From Escherichia coli (lineage in GTDB: Bacteria; Pseudomonadota; Gammaproteobacteria; Enterobacterales; Enterobacteriaceae): 64,000 bases of DNA. Under the pieces are notes generated by a model, which made no database searches, was not told the origin of the DNA, and worked only from the letters and a program-made list of their open reading frames with translations. This document shows positions 55,952 through 64,000 of the stretch, in pieces (positions within the stretch are counted from its first letter, which is position 1; every line of letters begins with the position of its first letter). The stretch is taken from the NCBI RefSeq assembly GCF_050920415.1, contig NZ_CP169309.1, one strand, 5' to 3'. A program made the translations under genes and the position numbers.

Positions 55952-57213
55952 TGAAAAAATTTCTTCAGGTAACTATATTATCCGCTATCTATACATTCAT
56001 TAAAATGATTGCGGGTTTTATCATCGGTAAGGTAGTAGCAATTTATACAGGGCCATCAGGGGTAGCAATGCTTGGCCAAGTGCAAAGTTTAATCACAATA
56101 GTTGCAGGTACTACTTCTGCACCTGTAAGCACCGGTCTTGTTCGATATACTGCGGAAAATTGGCAAGAAGGACAGGAAGCATGCGCGCCATGGTGGCGCG
56201 CATGCTTAAGGGTTACTCTGTTTTTATTCTTGCTTATTATTCCCGTTGTTATTTTATTGTCGAAAAATATTAGCGAGTTACTTTTTAGCGATGGACAATA
56301 CACATGGTTAATCATTTTCGCATGTTGTATATTGCCATTCTCCATTTTAAATACATTGATCGCTTCAGTTTTAAATGGTCAACAATTCTATAAGCAATAT
56401 ATATTGGTTGGGATGTTTTCTGTATTCATTTCTACTATGTTTATGATTTTGTTGATTGTAGCTTATAATCTTAAAGGTGCATTGATTGCCACGGCTATAA
56501 ATAGTGCTATTGCTGGTCTTGTATTAGTTTTATTTTGTCTCAATAAATCTTGGTTTAGATTTAAATATTGGTGGGGTAAAACGGATAAAGACAAAATTAT
56601 AAAAATTATTCATTATACTCTGATGGCTTTGGTTTCTGTTATCTCCATGCCTACAGCATTGATGTGTATTAGAAAAATATTGATTGCTAAAACTGGTTGG
56701 GAGGATGCAGGGCAATGGCAGGCCGTATGGAAGATATCTGAGGTCTATCTTGGTGTTGTGACAATTGCTTTGTCAACATATTTCTTACCAAGATTGACAA
56801 TTATAAAAACAAGTTTCCTTATAAAAAAAGAGGTAAATAGTACTATATTATACATAGTATCTATTACTTCATTCATGGCGTTGAGTATCTATTTATTCCG
56901 CGATTTGGTAATAACAGTTTTATTTACTGAACAGTTTCGCTCAGCTCGTGAATTATTTTTGTTACAACTCGTAGGGGATGTAATAAAAATTGCTGGTTTT
57001 CTTTATGCATACCCTCTTCAAAGTCAGGGGCATACTAAACTATTCATCAGTTCAGAAGTGATTTTTTCTATGCTCTTTATCGTTACCACCTATATTTTTG
57101 TTGTAAATTATGGAGTACATGGTGCTAACATAAGTTATGTCATTACATATAGTTTATATTTTGTGTTTGCATTTGTGTTTACTAATTTTATTAATGTCAG
57201 AAGAATTAATTAA
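55951..57213 (+). CDS. wzx: O-antigen flippase Wzx
   Basis: 420 aa with ~12 predicted TM segments; AT-rich codon usage; position in the O-antigen cluster. Confidence 0.8.
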   Translation: MKKFLQVTILSAIYTFIKMIAGFIIGKVVAIYTGPSGVAMLGQVQSLITIVAGTTSAPVSTGLVRYTAENWQEGQEACAPWWRACLRVTLFLFLLIIPVVILLSKNISELLFSDGQYTWLIIFACCILPFSILNTLIASVLNGQQFYKQYILVGMFSVFISTMFMILLIVAYNLKGALIATAINSAIAGLVLVLFCLNKSWFRFKYWWGKTDKDKIIKIIHYTLMALVSVISMPTALMCIRKILIAKTGWEDAGQWQAVWKISEVYLGVVTIALSTYFLPRLTIIKTSFLIKKEVNSTILYIVSITSFMALSIYLFRDLVITVLFTEQFRSARELFLLQLVGDVIKIAGFLYAYPLQSQGHTKLFISSEVIFSMLFIVTTYIFVVNYGVHGANISYVITYSLYFVFAFVFTNFINVRRIN

Positions 57214-57222
57214 AAACAGAGG

Positions 57223-58278
57223 TTGAAATTGAAAATAATTATACCTGTCTTAGGATTTGGCAGGGCTGGTGGTGAAAGAGTTCTTTCTAAGCTGGCAACT
57301 GAATTGATGAATTATGGACATGATGTAAGTTTTGTTGTTCCAGATAATAGAACTAATCCATATTATGCTACCACAGCAAAAATCGTCACGAGTAAATCTA
57401 GTCAAAACCGTGTAAAAATATTGAGAATCATTAAAAATTACTATAATCTGTGGCGTAAATGCATAGAATTAAATCCTGATGCTGTAGTTGCTAGTTTTCA
57501 TTTGACTGCCTATCTTGTCGCATTATTACCAATCACCCGTCGTAAGAAATATTATTATATTCAGGCGTATGAAGTTAATTTTTTTGATAATATAATATGG
57601 AAATTAATAGCGGGTTTAACATATTATTTACCGCTTAAAAAAATACTAAATAGTCCTAATTTGCTTCCTCATAAACATGATGATTTTATAGGAGTAGTTC
57701 CTGCAGGAGTAGATTTAAACGTTTTCTATCCGAAACCATCAAATAGGTTATTAAATGGTCACACATCAATAGGGATTATTGGTAGAAAAGAGAAGCACAA
57801 AGGAACTAGCGAAATTATTTCAGTATTGTGTTCACTGGAAAATAAAGTTGGAATTATAATTAATATTGCGATCTATCTTGAAGAAGTTGATAAGGAGCGT
57901 TTAATTGCTGCCGGGTTTCAGGTTAATTTTTTTCCGATTACTTCTGATTTAGAATTGGCATCTTTTTATCGAAGCAATGACATCATGATTGCAGCTGGGT
58001 TAATTGAAGATGGCGCTTTCCATTATCCTTGTGCTGAATCAATGGCTTGTGGTTGTCTTGTTATTTCAAATTATGCGCCACTTACTGAAACTAACAGTGT
58101 ACTTAAATTAGTCAAGTTTGATGCTTGCAAACTTGGTAAAGCAATTAATCTTTGTCTCAATCTTGACCTAGAAGAAAAAAGCAAAGAAATCCAATCTAAT
58201 ATTTCTGTGTTGAATAAATATGACTGGAAAATTGTTGGTGAAACTTTCAATAGTTTATTGTTAGATGCAAATAAATAG
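57223..58278 (+). CDS. O-antigen glycosyltransferase (GT4-like)
   Basis: 351 aa; E-x7-E-like region EDGAFHYPCAESMACGCLVI. The track start is TTG at 57223; a second TTG at 57229 has better spacing from the agagg Shine-Dalgarno. Confidence 0.7.
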   Translation: MKLKIIIPVLGFGRAGGERVLSKLATELMNYGHDVSFVVPDNRTNPYYATTAKIVTSKSSQNRVKILRIIKNYYNLWRKCIELNPDAVVASFHLTAYLVALLPITRRKKYYYIQAYEVNFFDNIIWKLIAGLTYYLPLKKILNSPNLLPHKHDDFIGVVPAGVDLNVFYPKPSNRLLNGHTSIGIIGRKEKHKGTSEIISVLCSLENKVGIIINIAIYLEEVDKERLIAAGFQVNFFPITSDLELASFYRSNDIMIAAGLIEDGAFHYPCAESMACGCLVISNYAPLTETNSVLKLVKFDACKLGKAINLCLNLDLEEKSKEIQSNISVLNKYDWKIVGETFNSLLLDANK

Positions 58279-58298
58279 TATACGTTGATGGGGAAAAT

Positions 58299-58856
58299 AT
58301 GAATATTGTTAAAACTGATATTCCAGATCTGATCGTTCTTGAACCAAAAGTGTTTAGTGATGAACGCGGCTTTTTTATGGAGAGTTATAATCAGATTGAA
58401 TTTGAGAAGACAATAGGAAGGCACGTAAATTTTGTTCAGGATAATCATTCAAAATCTAGTAAAGGCGTACTACGTGGGTTACATTATCAATTAGCACCGT
58501 ATGCACAGGCTAAATTAGTTCGATGTGTTGTAGGTCAGGTATTTGATGTTGCTGTTGATCTTAGAAAAAATTCACCAACGTTCAAAAAATGGTTTGGAAT
58601 AACCCTTTCCGCAGAAAATAAACGACAATTATGGATACCTGAAGGATTTGCTCATGGTTTCTTGGTGACCAGTGATGAAGCTGAGTTCATTTATAAAACA
58701 ACGAACTACTATGCTCCTGGTCATCAGCAAGCAATTATTTACAATGATCCTATTTTAAACATCGATTGGCCTTTCTGCAGTAGTGCTCTGTCATTATCGC
58801 AAAAAGATCAAGAAGCAAAATTATTTTCAGAATTATTGGACAGTGAACTGTTCTAA
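58299..58856 (+). CDS. rmlC: dTDP-4-dehydrorhamnose 3,5-epimerase
   Basis: 185 aa; FSDERGFFMESY...LRGLHYQ...IPEGFAHGF; separated from rmlBDA by other genes. Confidence 0.9.
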   Translation: MNIVKTDIPDLIVLEPKVFSDERGFFMESYNQIEFEKTIGRHVNFVQDNHSKSSKGVLRGLHYQLAPYAQAKLVRCVVGQVFDVAVDLRKNSPTFKKWFGITLSAENKRQLWIPEGFAHGFLVTSDEAEFIYKTTNYYAPGHQQAIIYNDPILNIDWPFCSSALSLSQKDQEAKLFSELLDSELF

Positions 58857-58923
58857 TAAAGTGTGCCACCTTATCCGTCTGAAGGATAGGTGGTTGCTTA
58901 TATTTTTTGAGTATGTTTGTATA

Positions 58924-59886
58924 ATGACAGAAAATAGTCCGAAATATAAACACGATAAAAGCTTAATAAGTTTTATCTACTTATTTTTTATATTTACACT
59001 TATTGTAGGCTTCATTATCGCAAATACCCAGTTTTTGGGGCGAAGTAGAGACTATGATAATTATATACAGATCTTTTCTGGTGAAGAAGGGGAGGGGGTT
59101 CTTGAATTATTTTATCGCGGATTGATGTTAATAACGACCAGCTATGAAATTATCATTTTTATAATTTTAACATGTTCTTTTTTTATAAAGGCAAGGTTTC
59201 TTGCTAACTATTCGCGTAATTTTTCAGGCTTGACCTTATTCTTTGTTTATTATGCAAGCGTTGCACTTTGGGTTTTAGATTATACTCAATTCAGAAATGG
59301 TCTATGTATTTCCATTTTAATGTTTTCCGTATACTATTTATTTATAAATAAACCGACTTATTTTTATTTCTCGCTATTATGTGCAATTGCAACTCATTGG
59401 TCTGCTTTGCCTTTTTTGCTTTTATATCCTTTTGTCTATTCAAAAAAAATAAGACACCTTGGTTATTTTTGTTTCAGTATTCTTGTTTTGATTGCGATCT
59501 CAGGAGAAGGAAAAGAGATCATTTCTTTTATAAGAAATTTTGGAGTGGGACAAAAAATAGGAAACGAAGCTGGTGTAAATTTAATAAATTCATTATCCCT
59601 TACCGCTATTTTCTGGTTTGTTATTAGTTACATATCAAGCATTGGAAATGAAAGGAGAAATTTAAGACTTTTCTTTTGTTATGGTGTCATGCAATACGTG
59701 ACTTTTAGCCTTTTCTCTCTACCTGTTATGGCTTTCCGTATTTTGGAAATGTATTTTTTCCTTATGTTAACCATTGGGGTGTTTATTAAGCAAAAAAAGA
59801 ATTATTATTTTGTTTTTTGCAAAGTGTTAATTTTATTGTATCTAACATACTATTATCATATGGTTTTTGGAGTGATTAATGTGTAA
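58924..59886 (+). CDS. wzy: O-antigen polymerase Wzy (candidate)
   Basis: Polytopic membrane protein. The ORF track frame (58783) overlaps rmlC; the internal ATG at 58924 (MTENSPKYKHD...) avoids the overlap. Very AT-rich. Confidence 0.6.
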   Translation: MTENSPKYKHDKSLISFIYLFFIFTLIVGFIIANTQFLGRSRDYDNYIQIFSGEEGEGVLELFYRGLMLITTSYEIIIFIILTCSFFIKARFLANYSRNFSGLTLFFVYYASVALWVLDYTQFRNGLCISILMFSVYYLFINKPTYFYFSLLCAIATHWSALPFLLLYPFVYSKKIRHLGYFCFSILVLIAISGEGKEIISFIRNFGVGQKIGNEAGVNLINSLSLTAIFWFVISYISSIGNERRNLRLFFCYGVMQYVTFSLFSLPVMAFRILEMYFFLMLTIGVFIKQKKNYYFVFCKVLILLYLTYYYHMVFGVINV

Positions 59887-60766
59887 GGCTAAGGTGTTGG
59901 CTATAATTGTTACTTACAACCCGGAAATTATTCGTTTGACGGAATGTATTAACTCTTTAGCCCCACAAGTTGAGAGAATAATTCTTGTAGATAATGGCTC
60001 AAATAATAGTCATTTGATAAAAAATATCATTATTAATAACCTTGAAATTATTTTGCTTTCGGAAAACAAAGGCATTGCATTTGCTCAGAACCATTGTGTT
60101 AAGAAGGGTCTGGAAGCAAAAGAGTTTGACTATTTATTTTTCTCAGATCAGGATACTTGCTTTCCTAGCGATGTTATTGAAAAACTTAAGAGTACATTTA
60201 CGAAAAATAATAAAAAAGGTAAAAATGTTGCTTGTGCTTCTCCTTTTTTTAAAGACCATCGTTCAAATTATATGCATCCGTCAGTCAGCCTAAATATTTT
60301 TACGAGTACAAAAGTTATATGTAGTGAAGTAGACGATGATCTTTATCCCTCGCATGTTATTGCTTCTGGGATGTTAATGTCTCGCGAGGCATGGCGCGTC
60401 GTCGGACCATTTTGTGAAAAACTCTTTATAGACTGGGTTGATACAGAATGGTGTTGGCGTGCATTAGCTAATAGTATGATTATTGTTCAGACACCATCAG
60501 TCATCATTTCTCATGAACTTGGGTATGGGCAGAAAATTTTTGCTGGTCGATCTGTTACAATACATAATTCTTTCAGAAATTTTTATAAAATACGTAATGC
60601 AATATACTTAATGCTGCATTCAAATTATAGCTTCAAGTATCGTTATCATGCTTTTTTTCATGCGACAAAGAATATTGTATTTGAAATTTTATATTCGAAA
60701 GAAAAATTAAATTCACTGAAGGTTTGTTTTAAAGCTGTACGTGATGGTATGTTCAATAATTTTTAA
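59879..60766 (+). CDS. O-antigen glycosyltransferase (GT2; rhamnosyltransferase-like)
   Basis: 295 aa; IIVTYNPE...VDNGSNNS...FSDQDTCF (GT2 DxD-type motifs). Confidence 0.7.
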   Translation: MCKAKVLAIIVTYNPEIIRLTECINSLAPQVERIILVDNGSNNSHLIKNIIINNLEIILLSENKGIAFAQNHCVKKGLEAKEFDYLFFSDQDTCFPSDVIEKLKSTFTKNNKKGKNVACASPFFKDHRSNYMHPSVSLNIFTSTKVICSEVDDDLYPSHVIASGMLMSREAWRVVGPFCEKLFIDWVDTEWCWRALANSMIIVQTPSVIISHELGYGQKIFAGRSVTIHNSFRNFYKIRNAIYLMLHSNYSFKYRYHAFFHATKNIVFEILYSKEKLNSLKVCFKAVRDGMFNNF

Positions 60767-60796
60767 TACAAAAATAGTTAGGCTCAAGGTGTTTAA

Positions 60797-61873
60797 ATGG
60801 AAGAAAATAATATGAAGACGGTCGCTGTAGTTGGCACAGTGGGTGTTCCTGCTTGTTATGGTGGGTTTGAATCACTTGTTCAGAATCTAATTGATTATCA
60901 ATCTGATGGTATACAATATCAGATATTTTGCTCTTCAAAAAAATATAATAAAAAATTAAAAAATTATAAAAATGCAGAATTAATCTATTTGCCGATAAAT
61001 GCCAATGGCGTCTCTAGCATAATTTATGACATTATGTGTTTAATTATTTGTTTATTCAAAAGGCCAGATGTTGTTTTAATATTGGGGGTATCTGGTTGTT
61101 TATTTCTACCAATTTATAAACTATTTTCAAAATCAAAGATCATTGTCAACATCGATGGGCTTGAATGGCGTAGAAATAAATGGGGAACGTTTGCTAAGAA
61201 ATTTCTCAAAATATCTGAGGCGATATCTATTAGAATAGCTGATATTATCATTTCAGATAATCAAGCAATAGCTGATTATGTGGAAAATAAGTACAATAAA
61301 AAAAGCGTAGTTATAGCTTATGGGGGAGATCATGCTACTAATCTTAGTACACCGATAGACGATGATCAAAAAAAAGATGGTTATTATTTGGGGCTTTGTA
61401 GGATAGAGCCTGAGAATAATATAGAAATGATTTTGAATGCCTTCATTAATACAGATAAAAAAATTAAATTTATGGGTAATTGGGATAATAGCGAGTATGG
61501 GCGCCAGCTAAAAAAATATTATTCAAACTATCCAAATATCACACTACTAGAACCTAACTATAATATCGAAGAACTTTATAAACTAAGAAAAAATTGCCTT
61601 GCATACATTCATGGACACTCGGCTGGTGGAACAAACCCTTCTTTAGTTGAAGCGATGCATTTTAATATTCCTATTTTTGCTTTCGATTGTGACTTTAATC
61701 GTTACACAACTAATAATTTAGCTCATTACTTTAATGATTCTGAACAACTGACCTCATTAGCAGACAGTTTGTCTTTTGGAAATCTTAAATGTCAAGTATT
61801 AGATTTAAAAAAATATGCTGAAGATATGTATAACTGGAGGCATATAGCTGCTATGTATGAATCTATTTATTAA
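60797..61873 (+). CDS. O-antigen glycosyltransferase (GT4-like with N-terminal DUF1972-like region)
   Basis: 358 aa; E-x7-E-like NPSLVEAMHFNIPIFA. Confidence 0.7.
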   Translation: MEENNMKTVAVVGTVGVPACYGGFESLVQNLIDYQSDGIQYQIFCSSKKYNKKLKNYKNAELIYLPINANGVSSIIYDIMCLIICLFKRPDVVLILGVSGCLFLPIYKLFSKSKIIVNIDGLEWRRNKWGTFAKKFLKISEAISIRIADIIISDNQAIADYVENKYNKKSVVIAYGGDHATNLSTPIDDDQKKDGYYLGLCRIEPENNIEMILNAFINTDKKIKFMGNWDNSEYGRQLKKYYSNYPNITLLEPNYNIEELYKLRKNCLAYIHGHSAGGTNPSLVEAMHFNIPIFAFDCDFNRYTTNNLAHYFNDSEQLTSLADSLSFGNLKCQVLDLKKYAEDMYNWRHIAAMYESIY

Positions 61874-62054
61874 ACGCATTAACAATAATATAATTGACCT
61901 TATATAGCTATCAGAGTAAAAATGTAACGCTGATTTTTTTGTTAAATGATGCGCATTATATATTTAATGATTAAAATACTCTTGATCAAATAAAACTATT
62001 TAATTAATAATGTAAAATTTCATTATGCTATTTAAGATGTGAAAAATAACTTAA

Positions 62055-62125
62055 ATAAATGATGGGATATATTTATATTATCCCGGTTATAGACAAGCCC
62101 AGGGAAAGATCATCAGAAGTACACT
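62055..62125 (+). mobile_element. Fossil fragment homologous to the 5' end of the ISAs1/H-repeat transposase gene
   Basis: tgatgggatatatttatattatcccggttatagacaagcccagggaaag is ~83% identical to 62258..62306 of the downstream transposase gene. Confidence 0.55.
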
Positions 62126-62244
62126 TTTTGTACTAAATAATTCGCATTTTATGTTTAAAAATATGAGATATTCCTCATTACCTGAAGCTGTTTTTTATTG
62201 CTTATACATGATCAAATACTCCTTACATAATTAAGGAGAACAAA

Positions 62245-63381
62245 ATGGAACTTAAAAAATTGATGGAACATATTTCTATTATCCCCGATTACAGACAAGC
62301 CTGGAAAGTGGAACATAAATTATCGGATATTCTACTGTTGACTATTTGTGCCGTCATTTCTGGTGCAGAAGGCTGGGAAGATATAGAGGATTTTGGAGAA
62401 ACACATCTCGATTTTTTGAAGCAATATGGTGATTTTGAAAATGGTATTCCTGTTCACGATACCATTGCCAGAGTTGTATCCTGTATCAGTCCTGCAAAAT
62501 TTCACGAGTGCTTTATTAACTGGATGCGAGATTGCCATACTTCAGATGATAAAGACGTCATCGCAATTGATGGAAAAACACTCCGGCATTCTTATGACAA
62601 GAGTCGCCGTAAGGGAGCGATTCATGTCATTAGTGCGTTCTCAACAATGCACAGTCTGGTCATCGGACAGATCAAGACGGATGAGAAATCCAATGAGATT
62701 ACAGCCATCCCTGAACTTCTTAACATGTTGGATATTAAAGGGAAAATTATCACAACTGATGCGATGGGTTGCCAGAAAGATATTGCAGAGAAGATACAAA
62801 AACAGGGAGGTGATTATTTATTCGCTGTAAAAGGAAATCAGCGTCGGCTTAATAAAGCCTTTGAAGAAAAATTCCCACTGAAAGAATTAAATAATCCAGA
62901 GCATGACAGTTATGCAATTAGTGAAAAGAGTCACGGCAGAGAAGATATCCGTCTTCATATTGTTTGCGATGACCCTGATGAACTTATTGATTTCACGTTT
63001 GAATGGAAAGGACTGAAAAAATTATGCGTGGCAGTCTCCTTTCGCTCAATAATAGCAGAGCAAAAGAAAGAGCCCGAAATGATGGTCAGATATTATATCA
63101 GTTCTGCTGATTTAACCGCTGAGAAGTTTGCGACAGCGATTTGAAATCACTGGCACGTGGAGAATAAGCTGCACTGGCGTCTGGACGTGGTAATGAATGA
63201 AGACGATTGTAAAATAAGAAGAGGAAATGCAGCAGAATTATTTTCTGGGATACGGCACATTGCTATTAATATTTTGACGAATGATAAGGTATTCAAGACA
63301 GGATTAAGACGTAAGATGCGAAAAGCAGCCATGGACAGAAACTATCTCGCGTCAGTCCTTGCGGGGAGCGGGCTTTACTAG
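62245..63381 (+). pseudogene. ISAs1-family (H-repeat-associated) transposase gene interrupted by a single in-frame TGA at 63142..63144
   Basis: ORF track shows 62245..63144 and 63157..63381 in the same frame. Read through the stop they give ~378 codons, typical of H-repeat/ISAs1 transposases (...[29 protein letters not shown]...). Confidence 0.8.
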
Positions 63382-63453
63382 TCCTTCCTCGCTCAGTGAC
63401 AGAATATTGAATGAATAGCATTAAAATTATTAAATAATATGGTTTAATTCGAC

Positions 63454-64000
63454 ATGAACTTTAAGAATATAATTAGAATAATACTACCTTTTTTTATTTT
63501 CTTGAGTATTTTACTTTACTCAGGAAGGGCGGATAGTGTTTTGTTATTTACTATCGAATACACACTTGCAAGTATGGCAATCTTTCTGATAAAAAGAAAG
63601 TTTATAAGCAATATCTTGTGGGGGATTTATCTCTCAATTTTAGGTGTACAGGCAGCATCGCTATTTAGTTCAGGACAATATTTGATGCCTCTTGCCTTGT
63701 CGAATGCTGCAGAAGTTGAATCGCTAGGCATTGGCGAGGTAATCAAGGTTTTTTCTATTTTTATTTTATTTGTTATAGTTTCATTCGTTACGATGCCTTC
63801 TGGTGCTCTAGTCGGCCGTATTAAATATTATAAATTTAATTTTTTCTGTATAGTATTATTGCTTGTGTGTTCTTTCATAAGCACGGGACCGGTATATGCT
63901 TTTTATGAAACAGCAAAATTGTACTATTTACAGCAAACCTTTAAGCCTAGTGAGAAGATCGGTGATGCCGGGAAATCTTTTTTAAAAACAAGTGTTTTTA
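63454..64000 (+). CDS. 3'-truncated ORF encoding a polytopic membrane protein of unknown function
   Basis: ATG at 63454, open to the window end (182 codons, no stop), so absent from the ORF track. MNFKNIIRIILPFFIFLSILLYSG... with >=4 hydrophobic helices; AT-rich. Confidence 0.55.
   Translation, partial: MNFKNIIRIILPFFIFLSILLYSGRADSVLLFTIEYTLASMAIFLIKRKFISNILWGIYLSILGVQAASLFSSGQYLMPLALSNAAEVESLGIGEVIKVFSIFILFVIVSFVTMPSGALVGRIKYYKFNFFCIVLLLVCSFISTGPVYAFYETAKLYYLQQTFKPSEKIGDAGKSFLKTSVF

Noticed and set aside
59379-60293. Small plus-strand ORFs inside wzy and the GT2 gene (59379..59627, 60042..60293).
   Set aside because: Alternative frames in very AT-rich coding sequence; Lys/Phe-rich low-complexity translations.
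63147-63332. 61-aa minus-strand ORF antisense to the transposase C-terminal segment.
   Set aside because: Lies within the ISAs1 transposase reading frame on the opposite strand; no support.

Overview
This window is an Escherichia coli-type chromosomal segment, in reverse orientation relative to the usual K-12 map. In order it carries: the 5' part of baeS and mdtDCBA (minus strand); three tandem ibs/sib type I toxin-antitoxin repeats; the yegL-yegK-yegJ-yegI cluster (vWA / PP2C phosphatase / DUF2314 / Ser-Thr-kinase-like); yegD, alkA, dgcE, udk, dcd, asmA and yegH; the complete colanic acid cluster (wza-wzb-wzc-wcaA...wcaM) and galF; and a low-GC O-antigen cluster (rmlB-rmlD-rmlA, fdtA-fdtC-fdtB, wzx, glycosyltransferase, rmlC, wzy, two glycosyltransferases). 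The window ends with an ISAs1/H-repeat transposase gene broken by one in-frame TGA and a 3'-truncated membrane-protein ORF. Small elements read directly from the sequence include REP/BIME and ERIC repeats, two 39-bp JUMPstart/ops elements and a BaeR box. The best candidate for an under-described system is the yegLKJI(+yegD) module. Other points of interest are three hidden 18-aa Ibs toxin ORFs, a REP-bounded structured insert between asmA and yegH, and the mosaic 3' end of the O-antigen locus. All calls rest on reading the sequence and recalled family knowledge; no database search or computation was run.
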